This document shows, piece after piece, positions 44,659 to 64,000 of a stretch of 64,000 nt of DNA. The position numbers and the translations under genes were made by a program. The notes under the pieces were generated by a model. It made no database searches, was not told the origin of the DNA, and worked only from the letters and a program-made list of their open reading frames with translations. Origin of the DNA: Eledone cirrhosa. Lineage: Eukaryota. Each line of letters begins with the position of its first letter. The stretch's first letter is position 1. The stretch lies in NCBI GenBank assembly GCA_964016885.1, contig OZ024755.1, forward strand, positions 23,064,001 to 23,128,000. The letters are read 5' to 3'.

Positions 44659-45098
44659 GTGAGAGAGAAAGAAAGAAAAGAGAATGTGTATATGAGAGAG
44701 AAAGATTAAGAAAGTGTGTGTGTAAAAAGTGAGAGAGAAAGAAAGAAAAGAGAATGTGTATGTGAGAGAGAAAGATTAAGAAATTGTGTGTGTGTAAAAA
44801 AAGTGAGAGAGTATAAGAGAATGTGAAGGAATGTGAAAGAGACAGAAAGATGAAGATTAAGGGATGGAAAGAGTTAGGCTGACAGAGGAGTAGTATTAGG
44901 GGTAATACATATTGGATAGGGGGGGAAAGAAGGCGCACACACGTTTTCATTCCCACACGTGTTTATCAGTACATATATTTAAATGAACGCGCTTTTTCTC
45001 TAGTGTCACAGTCGCACTAACATACACACACACGCACACATACGTACTCGGGCACGCATGTGTGTGTATGAAGCCTTGGACTAATATTCTATTTAGGT

Positions 45099-45227
45099 GG
45101 TTCGTGGAGACGTTCCCTGGCAATGAACGTGGTTTTGTTTTTGCGTGTAATTGTTCTCTTCGATCCAAATAATGACGTATTATCTTCGTTTTTTCCCGTT
45201 CATTGCCAGGGAACGTCTCCACGAACC
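45099..45227. repeat. Perfect ~31-bp inverted repeat with ~67-nt spacer, joined to family D element (45257-45468)
   Basis: GGTTCGTGGAGACGTTCCCTGGCAATGAACG / CGTTCATTGCCAGGGAACGTCTCCACGAACC. Confidence 0.9.
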
Positions 45228-45735
45228 AAAGTATCGTCTTCCTGTTTTCCCTCGGTTACAACGCTTTTCGAAATATTTACTTCTGCGTTCACAGATTGAT
45301 TTTCTTAGTTTCAGAAGATCCCGTTAAGGGTGAAAGCAGCGATTCTTTGCTTAAACTTTAATCTGTTAGTTTAATAAATATTTGCTCTACGGTTCTTATA
45401 TATTTGATATATATTTATCCTTAACGAGCCCTCTTTGGATTTTGGTCTTCAAATTTATTATTATTACTATATATATATATATATATATATTATAAAATAA
45501 CAGGAGGCTAGACTGGTGTAAATCCTTGAAAGGTTTATTATACTATGACCATTTTAATGACCGGGTTCAGTATGAATCCGGTGACATCATCAGGTATTCA
45601 AAATATAACAATGGAAATATATATATATAAAACTACATATATATATATATAACAGCATGTGCTGTGACCAGCGGCGCCGAGCGGCGCCCGACAGACTGGT
45701 CGGTCAAGGTGATATATATATATATAACTATAACT

Positions 45736-45882
45736 ATCTATATATATAAAACTGTTGTTGTCTGTGTGTATGTGTCCTCATTTTTGGTCTATACAAATCC
45801 ACATCTCTACTCCTATTGACTTCAAACTTGCATTTATATATTCCTTGCGGTCTAAAGATATTAACTGCAGCTTTTATTTTTA
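45736..45882 (+). mobile_element. Helitron-like 5' end fragment
   Basis: Starts A|TCTATATATATAAAACTG, similar to the 5' end of the 28852-29760 element. Confidence 0.45.
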
Positions 45883-45883
45883 T

Positions 45884-46680
45884 CAGGAGGGACCGATATT
45901 CCCATGTCGAAATTGATACGAGACCTGGGTATAGACATGAGCGACGATGCATATTTTTGCTCACATACCATGAAAGTGACGACAATGTGCAGACGACTCG
46001 CTGGCTGGATCTTGAGGACTTTCCGGACAAGAGACCGAGACACCATGTTGACACTCTGGAGGACATTTGTCCTAAGCCTCCTGGACTATTGCTCCCAGTT
46101 GTGGTCAGCCCATATCGTCAAACTAACCACGGAGCTTGGGGCAATCCAGCGAAGCTACACCAAGAGGATTGCGACGATGAAGGAGATAAGCTACTGGGAG
46201 AAGCTAAAAGAACTGAACCTCTACTGCTTGGAACGAAGACGGGAGAGATACGCAGTGATCTACATGTGGAAAATCGTGGAGGGACTAGCACCAAACTTTG
46301 GCTTTCGGAGCTGGACCAACCGTCGAACAGGACGTCACTGTGTGGTGCCAAAGGTCCCGTCTTCCACATCTAGAATAAGGAACAGATATTGTAATAGCCT
46401 GGGGTTCAAGGGCCCTCAACTATTCAACAAGATGCCGAGGGATCTGAGAGATCTGCATAGTGTGGATGTCTTCAAGAAACATCTCGACACTTTGCTATCC
46501 AGGATCCCGGATGAGCCCACAGCAAGGCACGAGGGAAACCTAAGGGCAGCAGTAACGAACTCCCCCTTGCACCAGTAGCCAACCAATACAGGCTGGAGAT
46601 AAAATATTTAGCAACAAGGACGGTGCCCCCGCATGGCCTCAGCCGGGTGGATGGAACAGGTAAAAGAGTAAAAGAGAATA
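45884..46680 (+). mobile_element. 5'-truncated copy of the LINE at 55562-59950
   Basis: ORF 45904-46578 (IRDLGIDMSDD...LERRRERYAVIYMWKI...) and the 3' UTR align with 59150-59950. Confidence 0.95.
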
Positions 46681-46975
46681 TATGTTTATATCTGTATTTG
46701 TTTCGACACACGATTTTCTATCAAAAACCTTGCAAAACAAATATATATAAAGAAAAAATACGGGACCCGGACGGCTTAGCTTCGGCCGTTTCAACACCAT
46801 ATATATATATAATGTGTTCCCGTCGGGGACCCGAATTTTTTCTAGGGTTTTGAATGAAAGAAGTTAATTTCTCCATCGATACTGTTGTATGTATATATAT
46901 ATGTATATATATGTGTGTATATCTCTCTCTCTATATATATGTATATATATGTATATATATGTATGTATATATATG

Positions 46976-47024
<49 letters not shown>

Positions 47025-47042
47025 GTATATATATGTATATAT

Positions 47043-47708
47043 ATTGTTATACTTGGGGAGGGTCATATTTGTGTAATATTGCCAGAATTAATAACAGAAT
47101 TAATAACAGAAATAATAACAGAATAAATAAAATAAAATAAAATAAAATAAAATAAAATAAGGTAAATAAATACATACACAAGCACAATAACAACAAGCAC
47201 ATAAACACACACTAGTCACCCAGCAGACACAACACTGTACACACTAGTCATACAGCAAACATAACACTATACACACACGCAAACGCATGCGCAAAGAAGA
47301 CAAAATAAAATAAACAAACAAGCAAATAAATAAATAAATATATAGACAGACTGAATAAAAAATGGCGTAGACATACAACACAACAGGAGGAAAAGATATA
47401 ACACCACTGACGATGTTGCAGATGTGCAACGAAAGATTTATGTAAATTATGTAAACTATATATATGTGTTTGTGTCTATATTGTACCTGTATTATTTTTG
47501 ACCGCTGGTCAGTCAATGGCAACATTGAGGACCGAGTAAGTTAGATCGCAGATATAAAAGACAGCGAGAAGCGAAAACCAACCAAACAGTGTGTTCTGTT
47601 ATTAATTCTGGCAATATTACACAAATATGACCCTCCCCAAGTATAACAATATTTGTTTCGACACACGATTTCATATAAAAAACCTCGCTAAACTAATTCA
47701 TCGCCGCT
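47043..47708 (-). mobile_element. PLE terminus with inverted tail, family A (divergent subfamily)
   Basis: ~57-bp inverted arms at 47043-47099 and 47594-47650, plus a tail encoding ...[18 protein letters not shown]; TA-derived arrays on both sides. Confidence 0.8.
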
Positions 47709-50715
<3,007 letters not shown>

Positions 50716-51499
50716 ATTGTTATACTTTGGGAGGGTCATTTGCCAATAAGAAACACACGCACCAGATGCTTTCACTTCAATTTATTATATATTTATAAAT
50801 TTATAAATTTCTGGTTGGTTGGTTGGTTCCACAACCAGATAGTTGTTTATATATAGTCATAGTTCTTTCGTCACACACTCTGTGACCTCTTCAGTGACTG
50901 GGGATTCCTTTCTTTGTTTCTGTGCCTCTCCTTTGTTCTGTCCTACGCCATTTTGTTTCTGTGTGTGTGTTGTGTGCTCAGTCTGCGCATGCGCCACATC
51001 CGGGTGTCTGTGTGTGTTTATGTTCAGTTATTTATTTGTTTATTTACATGTTACTGGTTGGTTGTTTGTTCTATGTGTGTGTGTATTTTCATTTTGTCCT
51101 TAATTGTAAGTTGTGATGTTGCTGTTCCACTCATATTTTCTATTTAATTTTAGTTGTAATTCTTTTATGTTTATTGCATCTGTAATTTGTCTAAACATTG
51201 CGTCTTTTCTGTGTGTAGATTCTATTTTTATTTCTATGTTCTCTAATTTACCCTTGTGTTCTATCTTAGCATGTTGGTAGAGTACGGATGATTCTTTATT
51301 ATCTTGAAGGTCTCGCCAGTGTTCATTTATCCGTTCCCCTACACTACGAGCTGTCTCACCTATGTACACTATATTTTTGTTTCTACATTGTCCTTCAGTA
51401 CATCTTATACTATACACTACATTTATAGTTTTACAGTTAATATCGATTTCAACACACGATTTCAGATAAAGAATCTTGCTAAACAACTTCAGAAACGAA
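50716..51499 (-). mobile_element. 5'-truncated Penelope-like retroelement (C-terminal endonuclease type) with inverted tail, family A
   Basis: GIY-YIG ORF end, ~380-bp pseudo-LTR ending ATGACCCTCCCAAAGTATAACAAT, and an inverted 60-nt tail at 51440-51499. Confidence 0.92.
51100..51438 (-). pseudogene. GIY-YIG endonuclease domain of a PLE (C-terminal ORF fragment)
   Basis: [13 protein letters not shown]...C...[17 protein letters not shown]...LYQHAKIEH...RQITDAINI...LNRK. Confidence 0.92.
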
Positions 51500-55560
<4,061 letters not shown>

Positions 55561-55981
55561 CGTGTTTCTATATCTCTATATTTCCGGTTTCTTCCATTCA
55601 TTAATTTAAATTTAAAAATTTATTTTTATATTTATGAACTGCTGTTGCTCACGCTGTCTCTATCTCTCTCCTTCCTTCCTCTCTCTCTCTCCCTCTCTCT
55701 CTCTCTCTCTCAACGAGCTCTCTTTCTCCCTCGCTCTAGATCAACGAGCTCTCTCTCTCTCTATCTATCTATCTATCTCCTCCCTCTCCCCCCCCCCACT
55801 CTTCCCGCTATCTCTCTCGCTCCCCTCTTCTGTCTCCCCCTTTTCTTTTCTTTTTTTCTTCTATTTCTCTTTCTTTTTCTCTCGCTGGAGTTATATCTCT
55901 ATCTCCCTCCCTCACTCTGTCCCTCTCTAACCTCTACCCTACACTTCCCACTGTCTCCCTTTCTCCCCTCCACAGCGAAAT

Positions 55982-56914
55982 ATGCAGGAAAAATGTGAAA
56001 TCAGGAGTCAACGAAACTGGTCGAGGATGGAACTAGCGGTTTTGATCAAGGGGTGGACTATGGCTGATGGGTCTCCACCAAGCAAAAAGATGGCGGAGAA
56101 CCTGAAGAGCCATCGGTTTCTGAGGACCCTGGTACAGATAGAGAGAAAGAGAAAAGAAATTGAGAAGGCGTATGTCCTCATAGCGCCTCATATGGCGATG
56201 CTAAGCCGTGTCCTCAGGGAGGAGAAAACCGAAGGGAGGGATGAGGAGAAGGAGAGGGAAAAGGAAGAGGAAAAAGAAAAGCAGGAGAGCACAAGCACGG
56301 ACCTGAAAGAAAATGATATACCCTCCGCTACAGGCAGGGAGGGCAGGCCGGGCAACCAACAAGCTAAGGGCAAAGGTGAAAAGCGAAATCACCTTCCGAA
56401 GGAGAACTAAGCGCAGAGGGACCAGTGGACAACTGTTCAAAGAAAGAACAGAAAGCACCGAGACACTGGGAGCAAAAAACCCCAAGTAATGTGCAAGTTT
56501 TTCAAGAACGGGACATGCTGGCATGGAGAGACAGGGATGGGATGCAGATTCGCCCACCCTAGGTCTCAAACGAACTATGCCCATCATACTCGCGCAACAT
56601 GCTCCAGCCTAAGCCGAAATAAGCCGCTCCAGAAGTATGCTGATGTCGCGCGTGCTGCACCAACAAGGAGAAGGCACGCACATGCCGACGAGATACAGAT
56701 GGCAGCAGCAGATCAGAAAAATTTTTTAGTGATGGCAGAGAAGATTGTGGGACAGCTGACCTGGCTGCATCGTCTCCAGAGCCAGGGTCATCCACACCAG
56801 CACTCGAGACCACCGCAGTTAAGGGACCCAGAGTGGCCGCCGCTGACACCAGACCAGGTGTCATACCGACAGCCATTACTGGCACCCCAAAAGTCACACC
56901 AGTGCTGCTGCTGA
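55982..56914 (+). pseudogene. LINE ORF1: Myb/trihelix-like N-terminus plus CCCH zinc finger, one in-frame stop (56408-56410)
   Basis: ORFs 55982-56410 and 56489-56914 are in the same frame. Motifs RNWSRMELAVLIKGW...RTLVQIERKRKEIEKAY and CKFFKNGTCWHGETGMGCRFAH. Confidence 0.75.
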
Positions 56915-59874
56915 ATGTCAGGGGCCTGGTGAAACTCAGCAACATGAGTAAAATTTCCTACCTGGGAGACTTAGCCATAAGCAATCAAGCACTATGCATG
57001 GCACTAACCGAAACGCACCTGACAAGCAGTATAGCAGATGCAGAAATACATATACCGAAATATACTGTATTTCGTTCGGACAGGAAGGAGAGAACTCATG
57101 GTGGGGTTGCTCTGTATATCCGTGAAGATGTCACACCAATTGTACTGTTGACACATTCAAACTCAGTCTGTGACACTCTGATAATACATATGAAGCAACT
57201 ACAGACGGTAATATGTGTCACATATCGGCCGCCCGATGCCCCCAGTCATGAGGGTAAATTTGAGGATAGCCTAAGTAGGATAGAAGAGGTCCTTGACAAA
57301 CTGGACCAGGGTCTCAACATCCTACTGCTGGGAGACTTCAACCTACCAAAGGTCAAATGGCCTGAGGGCCACCTCCTCCCTGGAATGACGTCAATAGAAC
57401 AGAGACAGACGGAATCCCTGCTGGCTCTCACACACAGGCTGTTCATGGAGCAAGCAATACTCCTCCCAACAAGAGGCGAAAATGTCCTGGACCTCTGTTT
57501 TACAAACAACGAAGTGCTCATCCACAATGTAAAGGTGACACCAACAATTCTCTCGGATCATAACTTGGTAGAGCTAATGATATGTGGTCCAAGAGAACCA
57601 ACAGAGACAAAACCACCAAGAAACTCCGGGACGCTATCCAGCCTTAACTTCTACGGGGCTGACTGGAAGAAGATTAAGAGTGAAATCCGGAAGCAAACAT
57701 GGAGTGCAAACATCGCCACACAAGACACTAACACACAATTTCAACACTTCATGACAACGATACACACCATATGCAAAAAGTGTGTCCCGGAGAAAGAGGC
57801 AAACAGACACAAAAATCTTATTCCCAGAGATAGGAAAATCCTTATGAGACGTAGAACTAAACTCTCAAACCAGTTGAATAGTCAACAAAACCAAAACAAA
57901 AAGGAATCCTATTTGAAACGTGCACTACTTGACACCGAGATTGCACTCAAGCTTTCACATGAGAATGAGAGGGCAAGGAAAGAGAACAGGGCCATAGAAA
58001 ACATTAAAACAAACCCTAAGGCCTTCTTTAAATTTGCAAAAGAAACTGCCTCAGTACACTGCAAGATTGGACCACTCTTCCACACGGACGGCTCATTAAC
58101 CGAAAATCCCCAAGAGATATGTGAAATACTGAACGAACAGTACAAAAGTGTCTTCACATGTCCACTGAGGCACATGCAAATAACGAAGCCAGAGGAGTTC
58201 TTTGATGCCACAACACTACATCAAGAAATGGCAACCATCAACCACATAGACATAACGGAGGAGGATGTGGTGTACGCCATTGATGAAATTAGAACAGACT
58301 CGGCTGCTGGACCTGATGGATTCCCAGCAGTTCTCCTAAAAATATGTAAGCGGGCCTTAGCAACTCCACTGAAGATGCTCTTCAGAAGCTCCTTGGCTAG
58401 CGGTGTACTACCCAGGGAGCTGAAAGAAGGCACAATATGCCCTATCCATAAAGGAGGTAGTAGAGCGGAGGCCAAGAACTATAGGCCAGTCTCCCTGACG
58501 TCGCATATCAGTAAGGTCATGGAGCGAGTCGTCAGAAAGAAACTAATCACTTTCCTCGAAGAAAATGACCACCTGACTAGCACGCAACATGGCTTCCGCC
58601 CAGGAAGAAGCTGCCTTACACAGCTGCTACATCACTACGACTGGGTACTGAGACAACTACTAGACAGCTCACATGTAGACGTGATATATCTTGACTTTGC
58701 GAAGGCCTTTGACAAGGTCGACCACGGAATGATATGTCACAAACTACACGGACTCGGCATAACTGGAAAAGTAGGTGAGTGGCTGCATGGCTTCCTAAGG
58801 GACAGAAGCCAGGCAGTCGCAGCAAATGGTGCCCTCTCGAGGGAAACACCGATAACAAGTGGGGTGCCTCAGGGGACAGTCATGGGACCACTACTGTTTT
58901 TGGTGGCTCTCTCGGACATGCCCTCTGTGGTGCATGCAACAACATCCCTCACTAGCTATGCTGATGACACTAAGGTAGCACAGGCAATCAAAAACCCGGC
59001 TGACGCTGCCCTCTTACAGCAGGATCTGGATGCCATATACAGATGGGCGGAAGAAAACAACATGCAGTTTAATGCTGGCAAATTCCAAGCCCTACAATAC
59101 AAACCTGCAAACACAAACACAAATATAGCGGAACACAGCTACACAGGACCAGGAGGGACCGATATCCCCGTGTCAAAATCGATACGAGACCTGGGCATAG
59201 ACATGAGCGATGATGCATCTTTTTCTTCACACATCATGAAGGTGGCGACAGCATGTAGACGATTCGCTGGCTGGATCTTGAGGACTTTCCTTACAAGAGA
59301 TCGAGACACCATGTTGACACTGTGGAGGACTTTTGTCCTAAGCCGCCTGGACTACTGCTCCCAGCTGTGGTCACCCCATAGTGTCAAACTAACCACGGAG
59401 CTTGAGGCAATCCAGCGAAGCTACACCAAGAGGATTGCCAAGATGAGGGAGACAAGCTACTGGGAGAGGCTGAAAGAACTGAACCTCTACTCCTTGGAGC
59501 GAAGACGGGAGAGATAAGCAGTGATCTACATGTGGAAAATCTTGGAGGGACTAGCACCAAACTTTGGCATTGGGAGCTGGACCAACCGTCGAACAGGACG
59601 TCACTGTGTGGTGCCAAACGTCCCGTCTTCCACATCTAGAATAAGGAGCAGGTATTGCAATAGCCTGGGATTCAAGGGCCCTCAACTCTTCAACAGGCTG
59701 CCGAGGCATCTGCGAGACTTGCATGACGTGGAGGTGGATGTCTTTAAGAAACATCTCGACACCTTGTTATCCAGGATCCCGGATGAGCCCACAGCAAGAC
59801 ACGAGGGACACCTAAGGGCAGCAGCAACAAACTCCCTCCTACACCAGTGGCCAACCTATACAGGCTGGAGATAA
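56833..59874 (+). pseudogene. LINE ORF2: AP endonuclease plus reverse transcriptase, one premature stop (59515-59517)
   Basis: NVRGL, LTETHL, YRPP, GDFN, LDL, SDH; NYRPVSL, QHGFR, YLDFAKAFDKV, GVPQG, YADD. TAA stands where the sister copy has TAC. Confidence 0.96.
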
Positions 59875-60229
59875 AATGTGTAGCAACAAGGGCGGCGCCC
59901 CAGCATGGCCTCAGCCGGATGGCTGAAACAGGTAGAAGAGTAAAAGAGTAATATGTATATATATATATGTATATATATATGTATATATATATGTATATAT
60001 ATATATGTATATATATATATGTATATATATATATGTATATATATATGTATATATATATGTATATATATATGTATATATATATATGTATATATATATATAT
60101 GTATATATGTATATATATATATGTATATATATATGTATATATATATATGTATATATATATATGTATAAATTGAAACAAAATGAAAACGAAATTTCATTTC
60201 TCACTCTTAGTATGGCACTTACTTAAATG

Positions 60230-60535
60230 TAAGTATGCATGTATACGTACATACATATATGTATACAGACGTACAGTAGCATGCACATATATATATATAT
60301 ATATACATATATACATACATATGCATACAGGTACACATACATATATGCACGTATCAGTTTAGCGGCGCTAACGTCGCTTTGTTCGTTTGTAAACAAACTG
60401 AACAGCCTGAATTTATGCATATATGTATGTGTACCTGTATGCATATGTATGTATATATGTATATATATATATATATATGTGCATGCTACTGTACGTCTGT
60501 ATACATATATGTATGTACGTATACATGCATACTTA
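60230..60535. repeat. Inverted repeat, ~120-bp arms with ~65-nt unique loop
   Basis: 60230-60349 is the reverse complement of 60416-60535. Confidence 0.9.
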
Positions 60536-60541
60536 TATATG

Positions 60542-60572
<31 letters not shown>

Positions 60573-60627
60573 GTATATATGTATATATGTATATATATAT
60601 ATGTATATATATATGTATATATATATG

Positions 60628-60660
<33 letters not shown>

Positions 60661-60768
60661 GTATATATATATATGTATATATATATGTATATATATATGT
60701 ATATATATATGTATGTATATATATATGTATATATATATATATGTATATATGTATATGTATATATATAT

Positions 60769-60949
60769 GTCAGGTCACCAGTTGGTGCTACTGGTAACAT
60801 GTATCCCAGTACAACCTGTCTCATGGTCGGGTCGTTGGCGACTAAACTGGCAACCCCACGAAGGTTTCTAGGTGAGGAGGGTGACTTTGGACATCCTGCA
60901 GGACTAAAAACAAAACCTGTCTTAAGAGTCAGTGGCCATCCAAAATCAC
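60769..60949 (+). mobile_element. 5' fragment of non-autonomous RTE-derived element
   Basis: Ends in GTGGCCATCCAAAATCAC, the first 18 nt of the 9891 fragment. Confidence 0.65.
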
Positions 60950-61118
60950 ATTTTTTTATCTTTTGATGCCGCTGTTGTTGTTGTTGTTGTTGTTGTTGTA
61001 AATGTTCATTACAAATTCATTCTGAAGCTGTTGTTGCTGTAAACATTAGTGCCGGTGTTGTTGTTGTAGATGTTGGGGTTGAAATCTGGTCGTTTGTCCG
61101 AGTGATGTATATACACAC

Positions 61119-61159
<41 letters not shown>

Positions 61160-61526
61160 TACACATTCAACACAGAGTAGAGAGTTTGACAACAGGTCGA
61201 TGACTTTAGTCTAGATAGGGTAATGACATGTGATGGTGGGGAGATAGTGTAGACGTTATTGTGGTGGTGGGGGACAGTGAGATGTATGTAGTTCATTTGT
61301 CCGTTTTCTTCTGTTTGCAAAATTTGAATTTAAGCCATGTTATTTTGAGATGTAAGTAAATGTAAAATGTAAAATAGAAATAAGGATTGCTCTATATATA
61401 TATATATGTATATATATATATGTATATATATATATGTATATATATATATATGTATATATATGTATATATGTATATATATATATGTATATATATATGTATA
61501 TATATATATATATGTATATATATATG

Positions 61527-61557
<31 letters not shown>

Positions 61558-61617
61558 GTATATATAAATCAGGAAAGAAGGTTTACATGGTTTGCTATAC
61601 AAAAAAGTTTTTAATCA

Positions 61618-61730
61618 CATAGCTTACATTTGTTTCACTGAACTGGTCTGTCTAGAGATCGCTATCCGCCTAATTTTGCGTCACTCGATCGCCAATACAG
61701 AATTATAACCAGTCAGATCTTCGGAGCATG
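61618..61730 (-). ncRNA. Hammerhead-like fold (core CCGAAGA, long stem II) in family C element (~61566-61830)
   Basis: Minus strand: CATGCT-CCGAAGA-tCTGA CTGGTT...GACCAG t TCAGt-GAAAC-aaat-GTA-AGCTATG. Confidence 0.65.
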
Positions 61731-61874
61731 CGAGAATGAAGAAAATACACAGGCAAGAAAAGAAAGAAAATATGGAGTAGTTATGGCATTCAATTAGAAC
61801 AATAACAACAACAATTATTACAACAATGCTATCAATAAACTATTTATATGTATATATATATATATGTATATGTG

Positions 61875-61910
<36 letters not shown>

Positions 61911-61914
61911 TACG

Positions 61915-61948
<34 letters not shown>

Positions 61949-61962
61949 TATATGTATATGTG

Positions 61963-61998
<36 letters not shown>

Positions 61999-62002
61999 TA
62001 CG

Positions 62003-62037
<35 letters not shown>

Positions 62038-62054
62038 GTATATATATATATATG

Positions 62055-62123
<69 letters not shown>

Positions 62124-62452
62124 GTATATATGTATATATATATATATGTATATATGTATATATATATATGTATATATGTATATATGTATATATATATGTA
62201 TATATATATATATGTATATATATGTATATATGTATATATGTATATATATATATATGTATATATATGTATATATATATATACATGTATATATATGTATATA
62301 TATATACATGTATATATATGTATATATATATACATGTATATATATATACATGTATATATATGTATATATATGTATATATATATACATGTATATATATGTA
62401 TATATATATACATGTATATATATGTATATATACATGTATATATACATGTACA

Positions 62453-62764
62453 TGTTCTTCTTTTTGGTAAATATCATCTTGGTTAAGAGAGTGGGACTGG
62501 CTTTGTGCAGTGCCTTTGCTCACTATAAAAGCTTCACGGCACAGGCATTGCTTTATATCTGGAGATCTCTCTGCACTTGTCGTCACATGGTACCATGGGC
62601 CCAGCACTATGTGTCAATAATTGTCACAAGTGTAGTGTTTGTACCAGAGTTTTCAAGTCGCTGGCTGGACTAAAAAGTCACAGTCGTTCAGCGCATCGGT
62701 AGGGGTTCTCCTTGATATGGATATAAAGTAGTGGCCGTACTCGAAAACGAGTTGGCAGCCACCA
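62453..62764 (+). mobile_element. 3' fragment of non-autonomous RTE-derived element sharing the RTE 3' UTR
   Basis: 62582-62764 matches the reverse complement of 11795-11975; the upstream part matches 10010-10172; TA-derived flanks. Confidence 0.88.
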
Positions 62765-62801
62765 TATATATGTATATATATGTATATGTATATATATATG
62801 T

Positions 62802-62833
<32 letters not shown>

Positions 62834-64000
62834 GTATATATATGTATATGTATATATACATGTATGTATATATATGTATATGTATATATACATGTATGTA
62901 TATATGTATGTATATATATATGTATATATATAAGTATATATATATGTATGTATATGTATATATACATGTATGTATATATATATACATGTATGTATATATA
63001 TATACATGTATGTATATATATATATACATGTATATATATGTATATATATGTATATGTATATATACATGTATGTATATATATATATACATGTATGTATATA
63101 TATATATATACATGTATATATATGTATATATATGTTTGTGTATATATGTATATATTGTTTAATCATTATAATTATTTCCACGGTTCTCCATGCAATCGAG
63201 ATGTCCTTCATGCATTTGCTGCTGATTGAGAACGGTATCCTCAGATGAAAATCGATATGTTTGATATGTCGCTGGCAGGAAAAAACACACGTCCTAATGC
63301 CTGTGTGCCCAGCATACATATGAGTTCCTTGAAGGATTTGCCAGTCGTCGGGTTTGCTAGAAAAAGCTATCAACGAAAAAAGACGAAAATAACGAAGAAC
63401 TGTGTGCAGCCAAAACCCAGTAGACAGTGAAAGCAATAAATGGAGCTCTGAGGGGGGGGGGTATATATTTTGTTGACAACCACCTATAGTCAACGACAAT
63501 AACATCAAACCACCGACCAATGTTATCCACACTGGTCGCAATAGTCGTGGTGATGCCACCACCCGATTGACAACAACTAAAGCAACAGCTACCGTAAACA
63601 CTTACAACGACAGCAAAAAACACAGACCAGCGTCGTGTATACAGGTCGTAGCCGTCGCAGTGACAGTACCACCCTGTCGACAATAAACAGCGATAATGTT
63701 AAAGCAATAAAAAAGGAGTTCCGAGGTAGGTGGGTACCCAGAATTGGTGGTATCAATCACCGTGACCATATATAGCAACAACAACAATGGTAACGGCAAC
63801 ACGCACCAACACCGCCCATCACCCTCCCCGTTCGTCGTAGTAGAGGTGGTATCATTTATGTTAGTATTAAGCCATTGGTAACACCAACAACAGCAATAAC
63901 AACAATACCAGTGATAACCCCACCACGGCGACGGCAGCAACAGGAAAAAAGCCACGCTTCCATGAAAAATAAACTAACCACAATAGAAGTCCGATTTTTT

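Larger units (their letters stand above)
55562..59950 (+). mobile_element. Near full-length LINE (Proto2/CR1-like; clade tentative) inserted in a TA-derived array
   Basis: CT-rich 5' region, ORF1, APE-RT ORF2 and a short 3' UTR ending AGAAGAGTAAAAGAG. Confidence 0.93.

Noticed and set aside
45308-45350. Hammerhead-like CAGAAGA-TCCC-gttaa-GGGT-GAAAGC (also at 8830-8862 on minus)
   Set aside because: Convincing stems I and III and a cleavage triplet could not be built.
45553-45598. Minus-strand CTGATGA...GAACCCGGTC
   Set aside because: GAAA is mutated and the stems are weak; at best a decayed hammerhead.

Overview
This is eukaryotic, very AT-rich, repeat-saturated DNA with no confidently identifiable host gene. 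The SINE repertoire (Meta-type and CORE-type tRNA-derived SINEs) and the huge (TA)n-derived arrays suggest an octopus or other cephalopod genome, but this is inference. Most long ORFs in the track are translations of micro- or minisatellites. The real coding remnants are all retroelements: a near-complete LINE (ORF1 with a Myb/trihelix-like segment and a CCCH finger; APE-RT ORF2; Proto2/CR1-like) plus a 3' fragment of it, two RTE LINE fragments, and three Penelope-like (PLE) RT or GIY-YIG remnants. Also present are non-autonomous Helitrons, a mariner MITE, probable solo LTRs carrying internal minisatellites, and many SINEs. The main signal is a set of short elements from at least five unrelated sequence families, inserted in (TA)n with a shared asymmetric fold-back plus fixed-tail architecture. 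Roughly a dozen hammerhead-ribozyme-like folds occur in these and related short elements; some covary in stem II and several have a non-canonical base at core position U4. All coordinates, folds and family names were derived by eye and none has been tested by search or computation.
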